The position numbers and the translations under genes were made by a program. Below, piece by piece: positions 62,061 to 64,000 of a DNA stretch of 64,000 nucleotides. Below the pieces are notes generated by a model that was not told where the DNA came from, did no database searches, and worked only from the letters and a program-made list of their open reading frames with translations. Positions within the stretch are counted from its first letter, which is position 1; each line of letters begins with the position of its first letter. Source of the DNA: Nitrospirota bacterium (GTDB lineage Bacteria; Nitrospirota; Thermodesulfovibrionia; Thermodesulfovibrionales; JdFR-88); contig JAJYIR010000010.1 in NCBI GenBank assembly GCA_021789935.1, forward strand, positions 3,065-67,064, written 5' to 3'.

Positions 62061-62726
62061 ATGACCATTTGGGACAAGGATTTTTTCTATACTCTGCCGC
62101 GCAATATCCTGCGGACCTTTTGGGGCCGCAATCTGTTATGGCATGCCCTTGCTATCGGCATAACGTATGTCATAGTAGTTTCAGGGTTTGACTGGAAATA
62201 TTATGAGGCTACAAGGCCTTTTTCCAGATATCTCTTTCCGGCCGTCATTTTGGGCTGGTTTGTCCCGATGATATTTCCGGTCCTTTTATTTGTGGCCGCC
62301 ATTGTCCGTAAAAACCAGAGGGCCATCTGCGCGGCATATGCTTCAGCGCAGGCGGTAATAATTGGCCTACTTATCGCTTCGTTTTACAAGGCGTTCACGG
62401 GAAGGCCGGGGCCAAGACATTTTTTTGTGAACACACTGGTGGATACCAGCAGGGAGTTTCGTTTCGGCTTCCTGAGAGGAGGGGTCTTTTTCGGCTGGCC
62501 GTCTTCACACACCACTATAGCATTCGCAATGGCAATGGCCATGCGGACGCTATATCCCGGCAGTAAAATAACAAGAAGTGTTGCCTTGATCTATGCCCTT
62601 TACATAGGCGTGGGAGTTTCGATGACGATCCACTGGTTTTCAGATTTTGCTGCCGGAGTGATCATCGGAACCGTGGTCGGGACCACGGTCGGAAACGCCT
62701 TTAAAAAAAATAAAATAACCCTTTAA
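62061..62726 (+). CDS. PAP2-family phosphatase (membrane)
   Basis: 221 aa. All three PAP2 motifs present: KAFTGRPGP (KxxxxxxRP), WPSSHT (PSGH-like), MTIHWFSD (HxxxD). Confidence 0.8.
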   Translation: MTIWDKDFFYTLPRNILRTFWGRNLLWHALAIGITYVIVVSGFDWKYYEATRPFSRYLFPAVILGWFVPMIFPVLLFVAAIVRKNQRAICAAYASAQAVIIGLLIASFYKAFTGRPGPRHFFVNTLVDTSREFRFGFLRGGVFFGWPSSHTTIAFAMAMAMRTLYPGSKITRSVALIYALYIGVGVSMTIHWFSDFAAGVIIGTVVGTTVGNAFKKNKITL

Positions 62727-62754
62727 ATCTCTTTCCTCTACCTCCGGCCGCCTG

Positions 62755-63162
62755 TCAATGGTGTTGCAGTTCCTTAAATCCGGCCATGACTTCCTGAACA
62801 TCAGCGGGGAAATCCTCGAATTCCACCATTTGGCGGATTTCGACAATTGCGTCTTCCGGGGCAGGGCAGCGTTTGGCCCATTCGATCGCTTCGTCCCTTG
62901 AATTCACCTTTATCGTCCAGTAGCCGCCAAGGGTTTCCTTCGATCCGGCAAAAGGGCCCTTGGCCACCCTTGGCCTGCCCCCAGGGAATGTTACACGCGC
63001 GCCCATTGAGGGCGGATGCAGCCCATCAAGCGTCAATAGCACGCCTGCATCCCGAAGCGATTTGTTATACTGCATCATCGCTTCAACAGACCTGGCATCC
63101 GGCATAGTGCCTGGCGCAGCATCCTCATATCCTTTGGGTATCATTAACATCATGAATCGCAT
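62755..63162 (-). CDS. YciI-like / DGPF-domain protein
   Basis: 135 aa. MRFMMLM... start and a GPF...GGYWTIKVNSRDEAIEWAKRCP block typical of YCII-related proteins. Confidence 0.7.
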   Translation of the reverse strand: MRFMMLMIPKGYEDAAPGTMPDARSVEAMMQYNKSLRDAGVLLTLDGLHPPSMGARVTFPGGRPRVAKGPFAGSKETLGGYWTIKVNSRDEAIEWAKRCPAPEDAIVEIRQMVEFEDFPADVQEVMAGFKELQHH

Positions 63163-63411
63163 CTGGGCACCTCCTTATGATTTTGGTCCGGGTAAGAAAC
63201 GCGCGGATTTACTCAATAAACTTAAAGGATTCATCCAAGGGAGGTTATTGCTCCCTCCCTGGATATCATCCTATCACGTATTGGTCTTGGGCGAAAAAGG
63301 ATTTTTAGTTTTAGTTTAGTCTCAGTTTTACCGGGTTTGTTTAGTGCTTCAGGCTTCTGTGTTGCTCTTTGCAGGCTTTCTCCAGGTATTTGGAACTGGT
63401 TGGAAATGTAT

Positions 63412-64000
63412 TCAGGGCTTTTTAGTCTGGCCTTGGCCCGGATTTTTGCAGTTGGCCCCGCAGCCGCACGATTCGCCTTTTGCCTTCTTAAACGCCTCGC
63501 GTCCTTCTTTTAAAGAGAAGATGGCAATGCCTATCGCGCCCAATGAATCCATCAGGCCGATGCCGGTTACTTCATAACCAATGCTCGCAATTAAAAGGAC
63601 TATGGAAAGATACAAGCATGTCTTTGAACAGGCCGCGTCGGTAAGCAAAGCGCGGGAGGAAAACTGTTTTCCGATTTTGACTTTGTAATGGATGAGCACT
63701 TGCATCGAGAGAATCGAAATGGCGGCTACGATTATACCCCACAAGGTAGTCTCGGGCTTATAGCCTTTGTAAATGTCTATAAGAGCGGTGAGCGTCAGGC
63801 CGAAGGTGAGGATATAAAAGGAAGCCCCGGTAACCCGGAGTGCATTTTTTTCGAATTCATCCTGGTTCCCGGAACCGTTTTGTCTCATCCTCCTGATCAT
63901 ATGCCATATTCCGGCGCCGGATATTACCTCAACAAAAGAATCCACCCCAAAACCCAGTAGAGTTACCGTGCCCCCTTTGACACCAAAAAAGACGGAAATC
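63412..64000 (-). CDS. Cation-efflux-like membrane protein, 5' end outside the window
   Basis: The ORF runs off the window edge. Multiple TM helices with D/H-containing motifs (GFGVDSFVEVISG, LLTDAACSK, GLMDSLGAIG) and a C-terminal Cys-rich tail CGCGANC. Family assignment is tentative. Confidence 0.5.
   Translation of the reverse strand, partial: ISVFFGVKGGTVTLLGFGVDSFVEVISGAGIWHMIRRMRQNGSGNQDEFEKNALRVTGASFYILTFGLTLTALIDIYKGYKPETTLWGIIVAAISILSMQVLIHYKVKIGKQFSSRALLTDAACSKTCLYLSIVLLIASIGYEVTGIGLMDSLGAIGIAIFSLKEGREAFKKAKGESCGCGANCKNPGQGQTKKP

Noticed and set aside
1-64000. CRISPR arrays, rRNA and tRNA genes
   Set aside because: Visual scanning of the intergenic regions found no regularly spaced direct repeats with unique spacers, and no tRNA-like T-arm/acceptor patterns or rRNA-like segments. 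A tRNAscan/Infernal run would be needed to be certain.

Overview
64-kb chromosomal window from an anaerobic, diderm-type bacterium (LptE, Mla and OMP genes present); the lineage cannot be fixed from this window. I saw no rRNA, tRNA or CRISPR array. All calls come from reading the ORF track and sequence by eye and comparing with family motifs from memory; no searches were run.

Layout:
(1) 0-0.7 kb: MntA/HepT toxin-antitoxin pair.
(2) 1.2-17.1 kb: carbonyl-branch Wood-Ljungdahl cluster acsE-acsD-acsC-[nuoE-like, nuoF-like with a C-terminal CBS pair, a small N3-cluster/ferredoxin protein, nuoG-like]-acsB-acsA(cooS)-nfnA-nfnB.
(3) 17.1-19.5 kb: a decayed CAP-domain gene, orphan atpZ/atpI, and pgi.
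(4) 19.6-23.9 kb: membrane-bound group-1 [NiFe] hydrogenase operon (small subunit, large subunit, cytochrome b, maturation protease, hypC).
(5) 24-31.7 kb: a large repeat/beta-propeller lipoprotein, mobA-like, a TatA-like ORF, alr, mlaE-mlaF-mlaD-like.
(6) 31.7-35.3 kb: a repeat-rich non-coding gap, then two tandem OmcS-family hexaheme cytochromes.
(7) 35.8-54.8 kb: housekeeping genes (leuS-lptE-holA, rpsT, aconitase, FKBP, fdx-recN-HIT-udg-nadK-tsaE-CBS-pgeF-nnr, cooC, thyX, apt, panB).
(8) 54.9-64 kb: a trio of secreted proteins of unknown function (two with Arg/Gly-rich tails, flanking a DUF2950 protein), an NMO/FabK-like flavoprotein, an L,D-transpeptidase, an OMP, a PAP2 phosphatase, a YciI-like protein and a partial cation transporter.

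Main finding: the hydrogenase large-subunit gene has two in-frame TGA codons exactly at the two cysteines of the N-terminal RxCGxC Ni-binding motif, followed by stem-loops. This suggests a Sec-x-x-Sec active site unlike the classical [NiFeSe] arrangement.

Other notable points: the flavoprotein module inside the acs cluster and its CBS fusion, the OmcS-like pair, a dispersed ~117-nt repeat, a MITE-like element, and genes whose homology extends upstream of any canonical start codon.
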